Program-made: the position numbers and the translations under genes | Notes under the pieces: generated by a model | The model's input: only the letters and a program-made list of their open reading frames with translations | Databases searched by the model: none | Told to the model about the DNA's origin: nothing | Shown here: positions 23,680 through 36,160 of the stretch, piece by piece | Numbering within the stretch: position 1 is the stretch's first letter | Layout of the letters: the number at the start of each line of letters is the position of its first letter | Origin: Rebecca billardiae RCC1528 | Lineage: Eukaryota > Protista > Haptophyta | Direction of reading: 5' to 3' | Assembly (NCBI GenBank): GCA_965240325.2 | Contig: OZ251240.1 | Coordinates: 1,488,001 to 1,552,000 of the forward strand | Length of the DNA: 64,000 nt

Positions 23680-24462
23680 TCCGGCCGGGCGGGCGGCGGC
23701 GCGCGCTCGGCGCGCGCGGCGGCGGCGGCGCGCTGCCCCGCGGCGTGCGGCGCGCTGCTCGCGCCGTTCTCGCGCTCGGACTTCTGGCTGCTCGAGCTCG
23801 CGCTCTTCGCCGCCTTCGGCTCCGGCCTCTTCGTCACCAACACAGTCGGCTCGTTTGTCGCGTCCGCCGGCGGCACCGGCCGCGAGGTGACGATCGCAAC
23901 AGCAATCCTTCCGCTCGGAAACTCGGTGGGGCGGCTGTGCGCGGGCTTCGCGGCCGACGCGGTGCCGAGGCTGCGGCGCGGGTACTGGCTGACCATCGCG
24001 ATGGCGCTCTTCACCGCCGCGCACGCCCGCGCCGCGCTCAGCTACGGCGCGCGCGGGCCCGCGGGCGAGCCGCTTCTAGGCCCGGTGTATGCGCTCGTCG
24101 CCGCGTCGTCACTCGGTTACGGTCTGGCGTGGGGCACGGCGCAGGCGGTGCTCGCCGAGAGCTACCCGCTGCGGAACTTTGGGGCGAACCTGGGCGTGGT
24201 CGCGCTCACGGCGGGCGCGGCGGGGATGCTGTACAACGACGTGGGCGCCTCCCTGTACGAAGCGCACCTCAGCACGCGCGACGCCGCCCCGGGCGAGACG
24301 CACTGCGACGGGCCGCACTGCTTCCGCACATCGTTTGGGCTCGTCGCGGCGAGCTGCGCGCTCGGGCTCGGCGCGTCGGTGGCGTTCGCGCCGCACACGC
24401 GCCGGCCGGCGGACTTCCTCGCGGCGAGCTCGCACGAGACCGAGGCGCTGACGGCGCACTGA
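22510..24462 (+). CDS. MFS transporter, Nodulin-like/MCH1 family
   Basis: AGAPYAFGTYA...LKLTLGLSQ, about 12 TM segments in two halves around a low-complexity loop, NSVGRL, C-terminal CDGPHCF motif. Intronless. Confidence 0.82.
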
Positions 24463-24728
24463 CCGGACTGCGGATGCGCACTGCTGCGCCCGCCCGGGCT
24501 GGCCTTTTGTCGTTGTAGTTGTTCTTGCGCGGCCTCCGGCTCCGGACCTCCGGTCGCGACGACGTTGACACTCGTCTTGTCAGCATCCGTTGTTCTGTCA
24601 TCATGCGCATCAGTCTGCAGACCCGGACCTACGCCCCGGACACCCCCCCGACCCTCCACGCTCGGTGTGGGGGTTGGTCCCGGACCGGGTACGGTCCGGC
24701 TGCAGACTCTACTGAGTGCTCGGACTAA

Positions 24729-24824
24729 ATTCTAGGATTTAAAGACACAGGCACGAGGGCGCAGCTCTCCTGATTCGTCTGTCGAAGTACTGAATGGAGT
24801 TCAATGGAGGATGTCGGAGCGCGT
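24729..24824. repeat. Short (~96 bp) copy of the dispersed terminal repeat
   Basis: Near-identical to 52469-52566. Confidence 0.92.
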
Positions 24825-25191
24825 GCTGTTCATCATCATCGATTCATCCGGGGTCAGCTTCGTCCCCGGACTTCATTTCTCAACCCACAGCCGGACGATC
24901 AAGGTCGCCTCGGTCGCGGCTCCGCGTGAGAAAAGGAAAGCACTGGAATACCCGCCTACGGTTACGAGTCTTACGACCCGAGTCGGTATTGGAATGCGGT
25001 TGAGATGATACGGCGCCCCGGGTAAAAAGCGCAAGCAGCTGCCGTTTCGGGCCGGTCCATAGGAGAGGCCGACTCGCGGCCTCATCGACCTGCCCGCTGC
25101 CGGCCCCGCGCGGCGGGAGAGCTCGGCCGCGGGCGAGTGAGCGTCCAGCCGGCGGCAGGCGCGGGCGCGCGGCGGGCGCGAAGCCCCGCCG

Positions 25192-26457
25192 ATGATGGCC
25201 GTCGACTCGCGGCTGCCACGCCTCTCGCGCACCTTCTCGCGCGAGGTCAACACGGAGGATGGGCCGGCGCGCGAGCAGCCGCGTCGCCACTCGCTCGTGC
25301 CGACCAACGAGCTGTCGGAGGTGCACGCGGCGCGGCGAGAGATCGGCACGGCGCCCGGGCTCAGCCGCGCCGACGCCTCCGCGCGCGCATCGCCCGCCGC
25401 CCCGCTCCCGGGCCCGCGCCGCGCCGGCTCGGGCCGGCCGCCTGTCACGCGCACGCGCTCCGAGACGACCAAGGGCGGCGCCGTCTCGGCGTTCGGCTCG
25501 CGGCCGTCGTCGTCGTCGGGCGGGCCGCCCGCGGGCGGGCGCGGCGGGTTCGTCCCGCCGCTGCGCAGCGGCGACGACCTCGAGCTCGCCGACGTCGACG
25601 ACGTCGCGTACTCGACGACGGCGATGGGCGCGGACGGCGCGGAGGAGGAGATGGCAGCAGAGGTCGTGCCGCCCGGCGGCGTCGTGCGGCCGGCGGCGGG
25701 GAACGGGCGGCGGGCGGTGGCGGCGGTGGCGGCGGCGAAGGAGGCCGCGGCGGCCGCCGCCGCCGCCACCGGCGTCAGCCCCATCTGCTCCTCCTCCTCC
25801 TCCTCCTCCGGCGGCTCGGGCGAGACGAGCGCGCGCGGCGGCACGCCGCCCGGCGCGGCGCCGCCGCCGATCCCGCCTTCCGCCGCCGCCGCCGCGCAGG
25901 TGGCGGGCGCGCCGGCGGGCTCGTCGACGCGGCCGTCGTCGGCTGCGCAGGGCGCGCCCACGCACGCCGAGCCCTCGCCCTCCGCCGCGCCCGCCGTCGA
26001 GCGCCCGCCCTCCGCCTCGTCCGCGCCGCAGCCGCAGCCGCCGCAGCCGCAGCAGCTGCAGCCGCAACACGCGGCGGCCATGGAAGCGCTGAGGGCTGAG
26101 AATGCGCAGCTGCAGCGCGCGCTGGCGGAGGCGCGGAGCGCGCTGGTCGAGCGGTACAGGGCGGGCTCGCAGAAGGTGGGCGCGTCGCAGTTCAAGCCGC
26201 CCTCCCTCGCCGCCGCGAGCGCCGCCTCCAGCGGCGGCGGCGGCGGCGGCTTCACTGGCAAGATGCTAAGCGCAGGTCCGGCGGGCTCGGCCGCGGCGGG
26301 CGGCGGCGCCGACGGCGGCGCGCCGTCGCCTGCGGAGTTGGGCGCGCTGCGCGCGGAGCTGACGGCGCTGCGCGAGCTGGTGAAGAAGCTGCGCGGGGAG
26401 CTGAAGGGCGCGGCGGGCGCGCTCGCCAGGGCCGACGCCGACGCCGACGCGGCCAAG

Positions 26458-26495
<38 letters not shown>

Positions 26496-29458
26496 GCCTG
26501 ACGTTGCGCGAGCGCTGGCCGCCGCCGAGTCGGCGCTCGCGGCGGCGCGCTCGCAGCTCGCCGACGCCAAGGCGTCCGCGGCGCGCGAGGGGAAGGAGAA
26601 GCGCGCGGCGGAGGAGCGCGCGGCGGCGGCGGAGGCGTCGGCCTCCGCCGCGCGCACCGCCGCCGACGCCGCCGAGCAGCGCGCCGCCACGCTCACCGGC
26701 GGGTCGGAGGGGGCGAAGCGGCGCGCGGACGCGGCCGAGCGCGACGCGGCGGTTCACCGCGCGGCCGCGGCGGACGCGCGCAAGGCGCTGGAGGGCGCGA
26801 AGGCGGCGGCGGAGGCTGCGAAGGGCGAGGCGGCGAAGGCGAGCGAGGCGCGGAAGCGCGCCGCCTCCGAGTCCGCCGTGCTCCGCGAGCGCAACGCCGC
26901 GCTCACCGCGCAGCTCGACAAGACGCGCGAGGCCGAGGCGGCCGCGGCGCGCGACGCGGACGCGGCGCGCGCCGCGGCCGCGGCCGCCGACAAGCGCGCC
27001 GCCTCGGCGAAGCTCGACGCGGGCCGCGCCGGGCGCGAGGCGGGCGCGGGCAAGGAGGCGGCGGCGATGCTCGCGTCCGAGCGCGACGCCGCGGCGAAGG
27101 AGCGCGACGCCGCCGCCGCCGAGCTCAAGCGCGCCAAGAAAGCTCACGAGAAGGCGGCGCGCGAGGCCGACAAGCGCGCGGCCGCGGCTGCGGCGGACGC
27201 GGACGCGGCGCGCGCCGACGCGGCCGCCGCGCGCGCGGAGGCGGCGGCGGCGCGCTCGGCGGCGGCGGCGGAGGCGAGGGCAGCGGGCAAGCGCGAGACG
27301 GCGGCGGCGCGCGCCGACGCGCGCGCGCTGCGCGGCGCGCTGCGCGACGCCGACGACGCGCTGGCCGCCCTCGGCGCGCGCGCGCGCGACGCGCGCGCGG
27401 CCGCGGCCGCGGCCGCAGCCGAGCTTGCGAGCGCGCGCGGCGCCGTGGACAGTGCGCGCACGGCGGCGGCGGCGCGCGAGACGGCGCGCGCGGCGGCGAC
27501 GGCGGCGATGGACGCGGCGGTGCGCGACGCGGCGGGCGAGCGCGCGCGCGCCGAGGCGGCGAGCGCGGACCTCGCCGCCGCGCGCGCCGAGCTCGCCGAC
27601 GCGCGCGCCGCGCTGCGCGAGCGCGCGGGCGCGAGCGGCGCGGCCGAGGCGGCGGCGCGCGCGGCCGCGGCCGCGCTGCGCGCCGCGCTCGCGGACGCGG
27701 ACGCGGAGGCGGTGGCGGCGGCGGCGGCGGCGCGCGCGCAGGCGGCGCGCGTGGGCGAGGCGGAGGCCAGCACGGGCGGCGCGCTCGACGAGGCGCGCGC
27801 CGCCGCCGCGCGCGCCGACGCGGACGCGGACGCGGCGCGCGCGGGCGCGGACGCGGCGCGCGCCGACGCGGACGCGGCGCGCGCCGCCGAGCGCGCGGCG
27901 GTGGAGGAGGCGGCGGCGGCGCGTGCGGCGGCCGAGGCGGCCGAGGGTGCGCGGCTGGCGGCGGAGCAGGCGACGGCGAGCGAGAAGGCCCGCGCGGACG
28001 CCGCCGAGGGCGCCGCAGCCGCCGCCTCGCGCGAGCTCAGCCGCACGCGCGACCACTCTTCGGCGACAAAATCCGCCGCCGCCACCGAGCTCGCCGCCGC
28101 GCGGCGCGATCTCGAGGCGCTGCGCTCGGAGCAGGCGGGCGCGGCGGAGAAGCTCGCGGCGGAGGCGGCGCGCGCGCAGCGCGCCAACGCGCGCGCGAGC
28201 GCCGCGGAGGAGCGGCTCAAGACGCTCAGCGCCGAGCTCGACGCCGCGCAGACCGGCGCCAGGCAGCGTGAGGCCGCGGCGGCGGCGACGGCGACCGCGC
28301 TGAAAGCGCAGCTGGCGGCCGCCGCGGCCGAGAGCGCGGCGGGCGCCAAGGCGGCGCGCGAGGCGGCGGAGCGGTCGAAGAAGGAGGCGGCGAGCGCGCG
28401 CGCGGACGCGGCCACCTCGCGCAAGGACGCGGACGCGAGGGTGCGCGCGCGCGCGCGCGCGCGCGGCATGGCGCCTGGCGCCGCGCCCACCGCCGTTGCG
28501 CTAACGCCGCGCCCGCGCCTCTCGCCGCCTGCGGCCGCCGCCGTCCGCCGCCTCGCCCGGCTGCCGCGCCCCGCCGCGCAGGAGCGCAAGATGCGAGAGG
28601 AGCTCGTGCGCGCGAACGAGCGCGCCTCCCGCTTCGAGCGTGAGGCCAAGGCCGCCCAGGAGGCGCTCGAGGCCGAGCAGGCCAAGCCGCCCGTCACTAA
28701 AGTGAGCCGCGCCGCAGCGCCGCGCCGCGCGGCGCCGCGCCGGACGCAGCGCCGCGCCGCGCCGCGCCGCGCCGCAGCGCCGAGCGCGCGCCCGTCGCGC
28801 GCTGCCAGCCGCTGCCAGCCAGCTGGGCACGCGCCGCCGCCGTCGCCTCCTGAGGGGTACTCCTCGCGAGCCGGCGGGTGCCGTGTGCTCCGGGAGGCTC
28901 CGGTGCCGCGCCGCCGCGCCACGCGCCGCCCACGCCACTGACCGCCGCCGCGCCGCGCGCCGCGCGCGCGCCCGCCCGCCCGCCCGCCGCTGCACACTGT
29001 CGCCAACACCGTGCCTGCCTGCGCACGCTCGCCAACCCCGCCAACGACACACAGCTGGAGCAGCAGTTGCAGTCTCTCGTGAGGCTGTGCGTTGTCGCGC
29101 CCACCGTTAACGTCACCTTTGGCGCACAGGTGCGGCGGCGCGCCTGCCCGCCAGCGGCGTCGCGTCGCCCGCCGCCAGCGCTCCGCGGCTCACCGGAGCG
29201 CGCGCACGCACGCGCCCGTGCGCGCGCGCGCAGGTGATTGCCTACAAGGCGCCGCTCCCGCGCGAGAAGATCAAGAAGGTTCTCGAGACGCAGATCCTTC
29301 CGAAGTTCACCTCGGGCTTTGTGCAGGCGACGGAGGCGGAGGGCCCGGACGGCCGATCACTCGACCAGTGGCTCTCAGAGCTCACAGCAGACATGCAACT
29401 TTCGATCGAGCGCCACCTCTCGCGCGTCTTCCGCAGCGAAGGCGGCTCAGGCGCGTGA
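25192..29458 (+). CDS. Long Ala-rich coiled-coil protein with a small globular C-terminal domain, 4 exons
   Basis: Exons 25192-28440, 28582-28701, 29055-29129 and 29234-29458 join in frame with GT-AG boundaries. C-terminus LCVVAPTVNVTFG...IKKVLETQILPKF. Confidence 0.7.
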
Positions 29459-30209
29459 CGACGACGACGACGCGTGAGTTGTCGCCGATGCCGGAGAGTG
29501 CTGGCCCGTGCCACTGCTGCTTGCCTGTCCACGTGGCACGACGCTGCGTCGGCGTCCGCGGCGTCAGTGGGACTCGGGCCTCGCCCTCCGGTCCGCCTCG
29601 GAGTCGGAGTCGGGGCGGCCCGGTCCGATACGTCGGGTACGTTGGCGTCGGCGTCGTCGGTGGCGCAGACTCATCAGGCTCAGCAGCCGAGGCATCAGAG
29701 ACAAGAGTCGTCTGCTCATCAGCAGATGAGCCGCGCCATTATATATCAGCAGTACGTACTAAATAAATTAATATATATATATATATAACATTATATAAAT
29801 AAATTATTTTAAAAATTATATATATTGCGATAAGTAATCGGCTGAGCAGTACCGTGTGCCTGATCTGGCTCTGCGCGCTGCTGTGCGCGTGTACATGCTA
29901 CGACGATATGAGTAGACTGACTGACCGAGGTGGCGCGCGGCCACTCAGATGGCGGCCAGCGCACGGTATATATATATATATATATATATATATGCATGCG
30001 CGCACTGATGACGCGGTTGAAGAAGTCAATACACTGTTGAGGCTTGAGCTCAGAGCTGCCGACGCGCACGTCGGCGACAGCTTGTCTGCCGCTGTCGTCG
30101 CCTGGCATGGACATCGACATCGTCAACGGCCCCCCGTGGGCGCCAAACGAACCAACCGCCCAGGTTGGTGGTGGTGCCGCCCGCGAGAGACACGCCCTCG
30201 GCCGCCGGC

Positions 30210-31396
30210 TCAGTTGAAGTTGATGATGCGGTCGAACTTGTCGCCAAGCAGAGACGCGCCGCCGACGAGCGCGCCGTCAATGTCCTGCGCGGCCGAGAGC
30301 GATCGCGCGATCGGGCGCGCGGCGCGCGGGTGGTGAGCGCGCGGCGTGCCCCGCGCCGCCCCACGCGGGGGCAGCCTCGCCATCGCGCCTCCGCGCCCCC
30401 GTCCGCGCGCGCCCCGCCGCGTGGCCGCCCGCCGCCCCGCGCCGCGCCGCGCAGCCGCACGCACGCAGCGGGCACGCCATCAGCTCGTCGACCGTCTCGG
30501 GCGAGACTGTCGACGAGCTGATGGCGTGCCCGCCGCCCCGCGCCGCGCCGCGCAGCCGCACGCACCGGGCACGCCATCAGCTCGTCGACCGTCTCGGGCG
30601 AGACGCTGCCTCCGTACTGGATCACAATCGCGTCCGCGGCCGCCTGCGAGTACTTGTCGGCAAACCAGCCGCGGATGAAGGCGTGCGTGTCCTGCGCCTG
30701 CTCGGGCGTCGCGGTGAGGCCCGTGCCGATCGCCCACACCGGCTCGTACGCGATCACCACGCGCTTCAGCTCCTCCTCGCTCACGCCGGCCAGCCCCTTG
30801 GCCAGCTGGCCGCTGCAGACCGCGTTGGTCGTGCCATCCTCGCGCTGCTCCTTGAGCTCGCCGATGCAGAGGATGGCGACGAGGCCGGCGTCGAGGACCT
30901 TCTTGGTCTTGGCGTTGATCAGCTCGTCGCTCTCCCCGAAGATCGACCGCCGCTCCGAGTGCCCCGTCAGCACGTGCGAGCACCCGACCGACTGGATCAT
31001 CGGCAGCGAGGTCGCGCCCGTGAACGCACCCTTGTCCTCCGTCCAGCAGTCCTGCGCGCCGAGGCCGACCTTGGTGCCCTTGAGCACGTCCGCGACGGGC
31101 TTGAGGAAGGGAAACGGCACGCACACCGCCACGTCCGCCTTCGCCTTCGCCGCCGACGCCTTCACGTCGTTCGCGAGCGCGATCGCCTCGTCCAGGACGA
31201 GGTTCATCTTCCAGTTGCCCGCGATGAGCGGCGTGCGGTCGGCCATGAAGACCGCGGCGGCGGGCGAGGCGGCGAGGCGCGAGGCGCGGCGCATGCTCGA
31301 CGGCGCAACTGCCGCACGGAAGCCCGACGCGTGCCTCGCCGTGAGCGCCAGCGTTGCCGCGATGCACACGGTGCGCAGCGAGAGAGCCATCATCAC
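30210..31396 (-). CDS. TPI: Triosephosphate isomerase, plastid-targeted, 2 exons
   Basis: AGNWKMN, GHSERR, AYEPVWAIGTG, YGGSV, DIDGALVGGASL. Exons 31396-30566 and 30284-30210. Signal peptide ending ASG|F followed by a transit-like segment (ASAF-type bipartite leader). Confidence 0.96.
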
Positions 31397-32431
31397 GACG
31401 AGCGTAATCGACGCACGTCGGCCCGGATGCGCAGCCGTCCGGAGGCGGGCGCGGAAGCTCTGGCTGGAAGCTTCAAGCTGCTCCTAGGGCGGGAGGTCCG
31501 GGAGCCAGCGCCACAGCCCACAGTGGCTCGGGCGCTCGGCCGTGTCGGTCCGGGAGTCTTTCCGACGATGGCACCTGGGCACCATACGGGCAGTCGTAAC
31601 ATTGCACTATGTCTCCGATGCAGCGTGGGCGTCACGCTCGCAAGGGACAGTCGTGACTGACGAGTTGCGCAGACGGCCAATCTGAATATGTGCGGCGGGC
31701 CGCCCGAATGGGAAGTGCGGGAAACACTCCATCAGAGTGTGTCGTCACTCGTCAGCCCGCCGACAGCCGGGCTGCCCGGCCGCCGCGCCGCGGATCCGCC
31801 GGGAGGCGGCGGACCGCGGGAGTACCGGCACCCGCGGGATCTCCGGCTGGCCACGCAGCACGGCCACGCGGCACTGACGGACGGCACGAGCGAAGCGGCT
31901 GCCGCCTGCCCGGCCGCCGGCACTCTGCCCGAGCGCCATGCCCGAGCGCAGAGCCACTGGCTGCTGCAGCTCCTATGGTGAGCACGATGCGCGCGGCTGA
32001 AGCCGTGTGACGAAACGTCACGACTCGAACGACGACAAACAAGTCCGAGAATCAAAGTAGCAGAAGAATCAAAGGTCGCTGGCAGGATGGCGGGCCACGC
32101 CGTCGGGCCGAGCCGCGTCGAGTCGAGTCGCCGCCAGCGGCACGGCATGGGCGAGGGTCGCGGCGGAGGCGACGGGGCCGCGCCCAACGACGAGGCGCAG
32201 CGCGAGCGGCCACTGCGCGGCTCTGCCGTCGGCATCGGCTCGAGCCACCCGACCGCTCGACCGCTGCCGACCGCACGGCCGGCCAGCGCCCGCGCGTGCG
32301 CCGGTGCTCGCTTGCGCGCGGGTGCTCGGTGAGCGGTCCAGCCGCCTGGGTGTGTGCACGGGCGCGGCGCACGCGGCGCAGGGCGTGAGCCGCCCGCGCG
32401 GCCGAGCCCGCGCGCGCCCGCGGCCGCGCAC

Positions 32432-33931
32432 CTAGCCGTGCTGGATGGCGATCGTGACCGAGTCGGTCGAGTCGGTGCGGCGCATGTGCCGCTCACGCAG
32501 GAACGACCAGACGGGGAAGTAGAGGAGCAGCACCATCGAGGCGAACTGGAGGTAGTTGACGTACAGGTACTGGCCGTTGAGGTCGAGGGCTATCAAGCGC
32601 AGGATGAGCGGCTGCAGCATGCTCACCAGCCCGCTCACCAGCAGGCAGAGGCCGACGAGCACACCGAGGTTCTGGAAGCCCAAATAATGCGTGAGGAACG
32701 AGAAGAGCGTCGCGAACGCGCAATTTCGGAAGAGCGTGTACGCGACCCACGCGCAGATGAGCGCGACGCGGGTGTGCACGAGCAGCAGCCCGGCGAAGAG
32801 CACGCCGAAGCCCTGCGTGATCAGCAGCCCGAGCGGGAACGACACCTTGTCGAAGATGTACCCAATCACCGGCAGGAACAGCACGCCAGCGGGCGAGAGC
32901 AGATTAAACAGCTCGATGAATTTCTCGCGGCCCTCCTCGCCCGCGACCTGGACCGAGCCGCCGCGGCCGAGGCGCGAGGCGACGGTGCCGATGTAGAAGT
33001 TCATCCAGAACATCGCCACCGTCGTCCACACGAGCAGGTTGAGGAACGGCGACGACATCACCTGGTGGTGCAGCGGCGCCTCCTTGAGCAACGCGGTCAC
33101 GAGCACCGTGCGCCGCGCGCGGCCGACGGTGAGCGTCGCCGCGGAGACCTGCGGCGAGGCCTGCCGGTTGAGGGAGGGCGAGCCCTCGGAGCCGCCGGGC
33201 GAGACGTCGCCGCCCGGGCCGAACCCGCCCGCCAGCAGCGAGTCGCCCTCGGGCCGCTTCGACTTCTTCTTCTTCGAAGCCTCGGTGAACGGCTTGGCGG
33301 GCATCACCAGGAACGCGAGCACGGCCGCGACCGCGACAAAGACGCAGAGCGAGAGGAAGAGCTGGCGGCGGGCCGTGCCGAACTGGCGGTGGACGAGCTC
33401 GAGCAGCAGGAACACCGCGTACGACACGTTGAACGAGCCGATGATCATCGACGACGCCGTCGAGCGCGACTTGAAGAGGTTGGACGTGTGCACGCACGCG
33501 TTCTGCACGCCCGGCCCGAGCGCCGAGATGAGGATCATGCCGGGCAGGAGCACGTTGAAGGTCTTCGAGTCGTGGACGGCGATCAGGAACACCCCGAGCA
33601 CCATCCCCAGCGCGCACACCGTCGCCGCGAACCGCGGGCCCAGCGCGTCGAGCAGGAGGCCCGTGAGCAGGCTGGACGCGAGGCACGTCGACGACGCGAC
33701 CGTCCAGATCCAGTGGTAGATGGACTCCTGCGCGGCGCACGGCGCCGGCGTGCCGTGGCACCGCTCGGCGAACTGGTCCTCCGACTGCAGCATCAGCATC
33801 AGCGACGGCCAGCCGAACATCAGGCCACCGGCGGAGAGGCACATGTAGCACGACGCGGCGAGCGCGATCCACTTGTTCGGCTCATCGGCGCCGCCGGGGC
33901 AGACGAGGTCGCGCAGCCGCTGGGCCACCAT
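32432..33931 (-). CDS. SLC43/LAT3-like MFS amino-acid transporter
   Basis: GGLMFGWPSL...C...C..QE, GLLLDALGPR, MNFYIGT, GYIFDK, about 12 TM segments. Confidence 0.82.
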   Translation of the reverse strand: MVAQRLRDLVCPGGADEPNKWIALAASCYMCLSAGGLMFGWPSLMLMLQSEDQFAERCHGTPAPCAAQESIYHWIWTVASSTCLASSLLTGLLLDALGPRFAATVCALGMVLGVFLIAVHDSKTFNVLLPGMILISALGPGVQNACVHTSNLFKSRSTASSMIIGSFNVSYAVFLLLELVHRQFGTARRQLFLSLCVFVAVAAVLAFLVMPAKPFTEASKKKKSKRPEGDSLLAGGFGPGGDVSPGGSEGSPSLNRQASPQVSAATLTVGRARRTVLVTALLKEAPLHHQVMSSPFLNLLVWTTVAMFWMNFYIGTVASRLGRGGSVQVAGEEGREKFIELFNLLSPAGVLFLPVIGYIFDKVSFPLGLLITQGFGVLFAGLLLVHTRVALICAWVAYTLFRNCAFATLFSFLTHYLGFQNLGVLVGLCLLVSGLVSMLQPLILRLIALDLNGQYLYVNYLQFASMVLLLYFPVWSFLRERHMRRTDSTDSVTIAIQHG

Positions 33932-34249
33932 CGGGCGTGCAAGCGCGGCGGGTGCTGGCTGGCGGCGCGGCTCGCCCCGGGCGGGTGCGCGCTCGAGCTC
34001 CGCGGCACGCGAGCGGGCGGACGCGCCGGCCGAGGGGCGTCGCGAGTCGCGGCTGGCCGCGTCGCAAGGGGTAAAGAAGTAAATGACGACGGCCCAAACT
34101 CGCACCGGTCATCCGGGTCGATGGGTACGCCCCAAACCTCACGCGGCGAGTCGAGTCTGAAACTTGGGTTGTAGATAAGGCGAAGTCCGGCTCCCCGGCC
34201 GGGCGTGCAGGCGGTTGGTCCACCGCGCACCGACGCACCGCGACATCCG

Positions 34250-35743
34250 ATGTCGCGCACGGCGAGCTCGGCTGCGGCGGGTTTGAAGCTCGCCGACCTC
34301 CCGTCGGAGGTGATTGAGCATGTCGTGCTCGGCCTCGAGGCACTCTCCGACCTCGCCGCCGTGAACGCCACTTCGCGTCTCTTCCGTGGCGCTCCCAGCG
34401 GCCGCTCGCCGGTCGAGCGCGCGCTCCGCCAGCGCGCAAGGGCCCGCGGGCATGAGCGCGCCCTGCCAGCCAAGCTGCCATCGAGTGCGGGCTCGGTTGT
34501 TGCCGAGCTGTTCGAGCGAGAGCGCGTGCTCGCGCTCGCCAGTGCGCACACGCTCGTCGCCATGGCCGAGAGCGTCGATTTCTTGCGATTGAGCGCGTTT
34601 GTGGACGCAGAAGGTGGGCTGCACACATGCGGCGAGGAGCTGCTCGACTGCACTACCCGTGACGACCCGATGGTTTGCACGAGCCATGCCGCACTGGGCC
34701 ACGGCGATCCTGACCAGCCGCCCGTGCTCGTCCCGACGCGCGTCGCGTCGCTCGGCGCAGTGCGCGTGTGCGCGGTGGCCGGCAGCAGGACGTGCCTCCT
34801 CGCGCTGAGCGATGCCGGCGCCGTGTACGCGTGCGGCTGCAACTCTTCGGGCGAGCTTGGGCTGGAGGACACGGAAGAGCGATGGTCGCTCGAGCTGGTG
34901 CGTGCGCTCTCACGCGAGGTCGTCGTGTGCATCTCTTCGGGAGGTGAGCATTCTCTCGCGCTGACCGTGGGCGGCACTGCATACAGCTGGGGAGCCAACA
35001 CCAGCGGCGAGCTCGGCCACGGCGACACCCAAGAGCGCTGGGTACCGACTCGCATCGAGGCGCTTGCGGGCGTGCGCGTGGGTGGTGTCAGTGCTGACTC
35101 GTTCTGCACGCTCCTGGTGTCGACGAGTGGCGCGGTCTACGTGTGCGGGAACAAGCCGTGCGAGGGCATCATCAAGGAGGAGTGGCTGCCGACACGCGTC
35201 GGGGGCCTTGCCGGCGTGCGCGTTGTGCACGTGAGCGCGGGCGCAACCCACTGTCTGCTGGTGGATGACACTGGCGCAGTCTACTCGTGGGGTTCGAATG
35301 AGCACGGCCAGCTAGGCCATGCCGATTCCCTCCCAGCCGATCCAGTGCCCACGCGCGTCGATGCGCTGGCCGGCGTGCGCGCCGTGCGCGCCTCTGCGGG
35401 CGGCGATTGCGTCAGCGCAGTGCTGGGCTCAGATGGCAGCGTGTATGCGTTTGGGCGTAAATCGCGCGATCTGCTCTGGCTCGATGGCACGGACGACGGC
35501 CACCCTGAGCTGCCCACGCGCATACCCGAATGGTGCTTGCCCGAGCATGTGGTGGACTGCTCGATCTCAGAGGGCCACGCGCTGTTTGTGACGGCGGACG
35601 GCGCCGTGCACTCGTGCGGCTTCCAGGGAGCCTCCCTTGGCCAAGGCGTGAGCGCTGCTGATGATAGCGACGAAGAGTTCATCGAGCCCGCGCGTATCGA
35701 GTGGCTGCCTCCCGTGCTGGCACGGTCGACTGTCCGCCGCTGA
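34250..35743 (+). CDS. F-box + RCC1-repeat (beta-propeller) protein, copy A
   Basis: F-box LADLPSEVIEHV...VNATSRLFR. RCC1 repeats such as VYACGxNxxGELG and YSWGxNxxGxLGHGD. Intronless. Confidence 0.88.
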   Translation: MSRTASSAAAGLKLADLPSEVIEHVVLGLEALSDLAAVNATSRLFRGAPSGRSPVERALRQRARARGHERALPAKLPSSAGSVVAELFERERVLALASAHTLVAMAESVDFLRLSAFVDAEGGLHTCGEELLDCTTRDDPMVCTSHAALGHGDPDQPPVLVPTRVASLGAVRVCAVAGSRTCLLALSDAGAVYACGCNSSGELGLEDTEERWSLELVRALSREVVVCISSGGEHSLALTVGGTAYSWGANTSGELGHGDTQERWVPTRIEALAGVRVGGVSADSFCTLLVSTSGAVYVCGNKPCEGIIKEEWLPTRVGGLAGVRVVHVSAGATHCLLVDDTGAVYSWGSNEHGQLGHADSLPADPVPTRVDALAGVRAVRASAGGDCVSAVLGSDGSVYAFGRKSRDLLWLDGTDDGHPELPTRIPEWCLPEHVVDCSISEGHALFVTADGAVHSCGFQGASLGQGVSAADDSDEEFIEPARIEWLPPVLARSTVRR

Positions 35744-36160
35744 GCCCTTGCCGCTGGCTTGGGATCGTCATCGACCATTCCGCATTCGACGTCAGGCGGC
35801 TGGCGTTGGCGCACCGCACTGCCCGCCATTAAGCGTACGTGGGCGGCGCGAGGGCACAGTTTGGCCTCATGAGAGTCAGTGTCGGCTGTGTCTGTGAGTG
35901 TGACTGCTCCGCTATTCTGCGGCTCACTGCTCGCTAATCGGGCGCACTCATACTCGTAATACTGCCTCCGCCACTATACAGAACACTGCGGCGTCACTGG
36001 CAGTGGCAACTGCTGTGGCTATGACCGACTGGACAGTCCGGGCTCCGGCTCACGCTTCCCCCCGGACCGGGCGTGTAGGGCTGCAGGCGGTTGGTCCGCC
36101 GCGGCCCCGCGCGTCCGCCGCACTCCACCGGTCGCACCGACGCACCGCGCGCGACATCTG

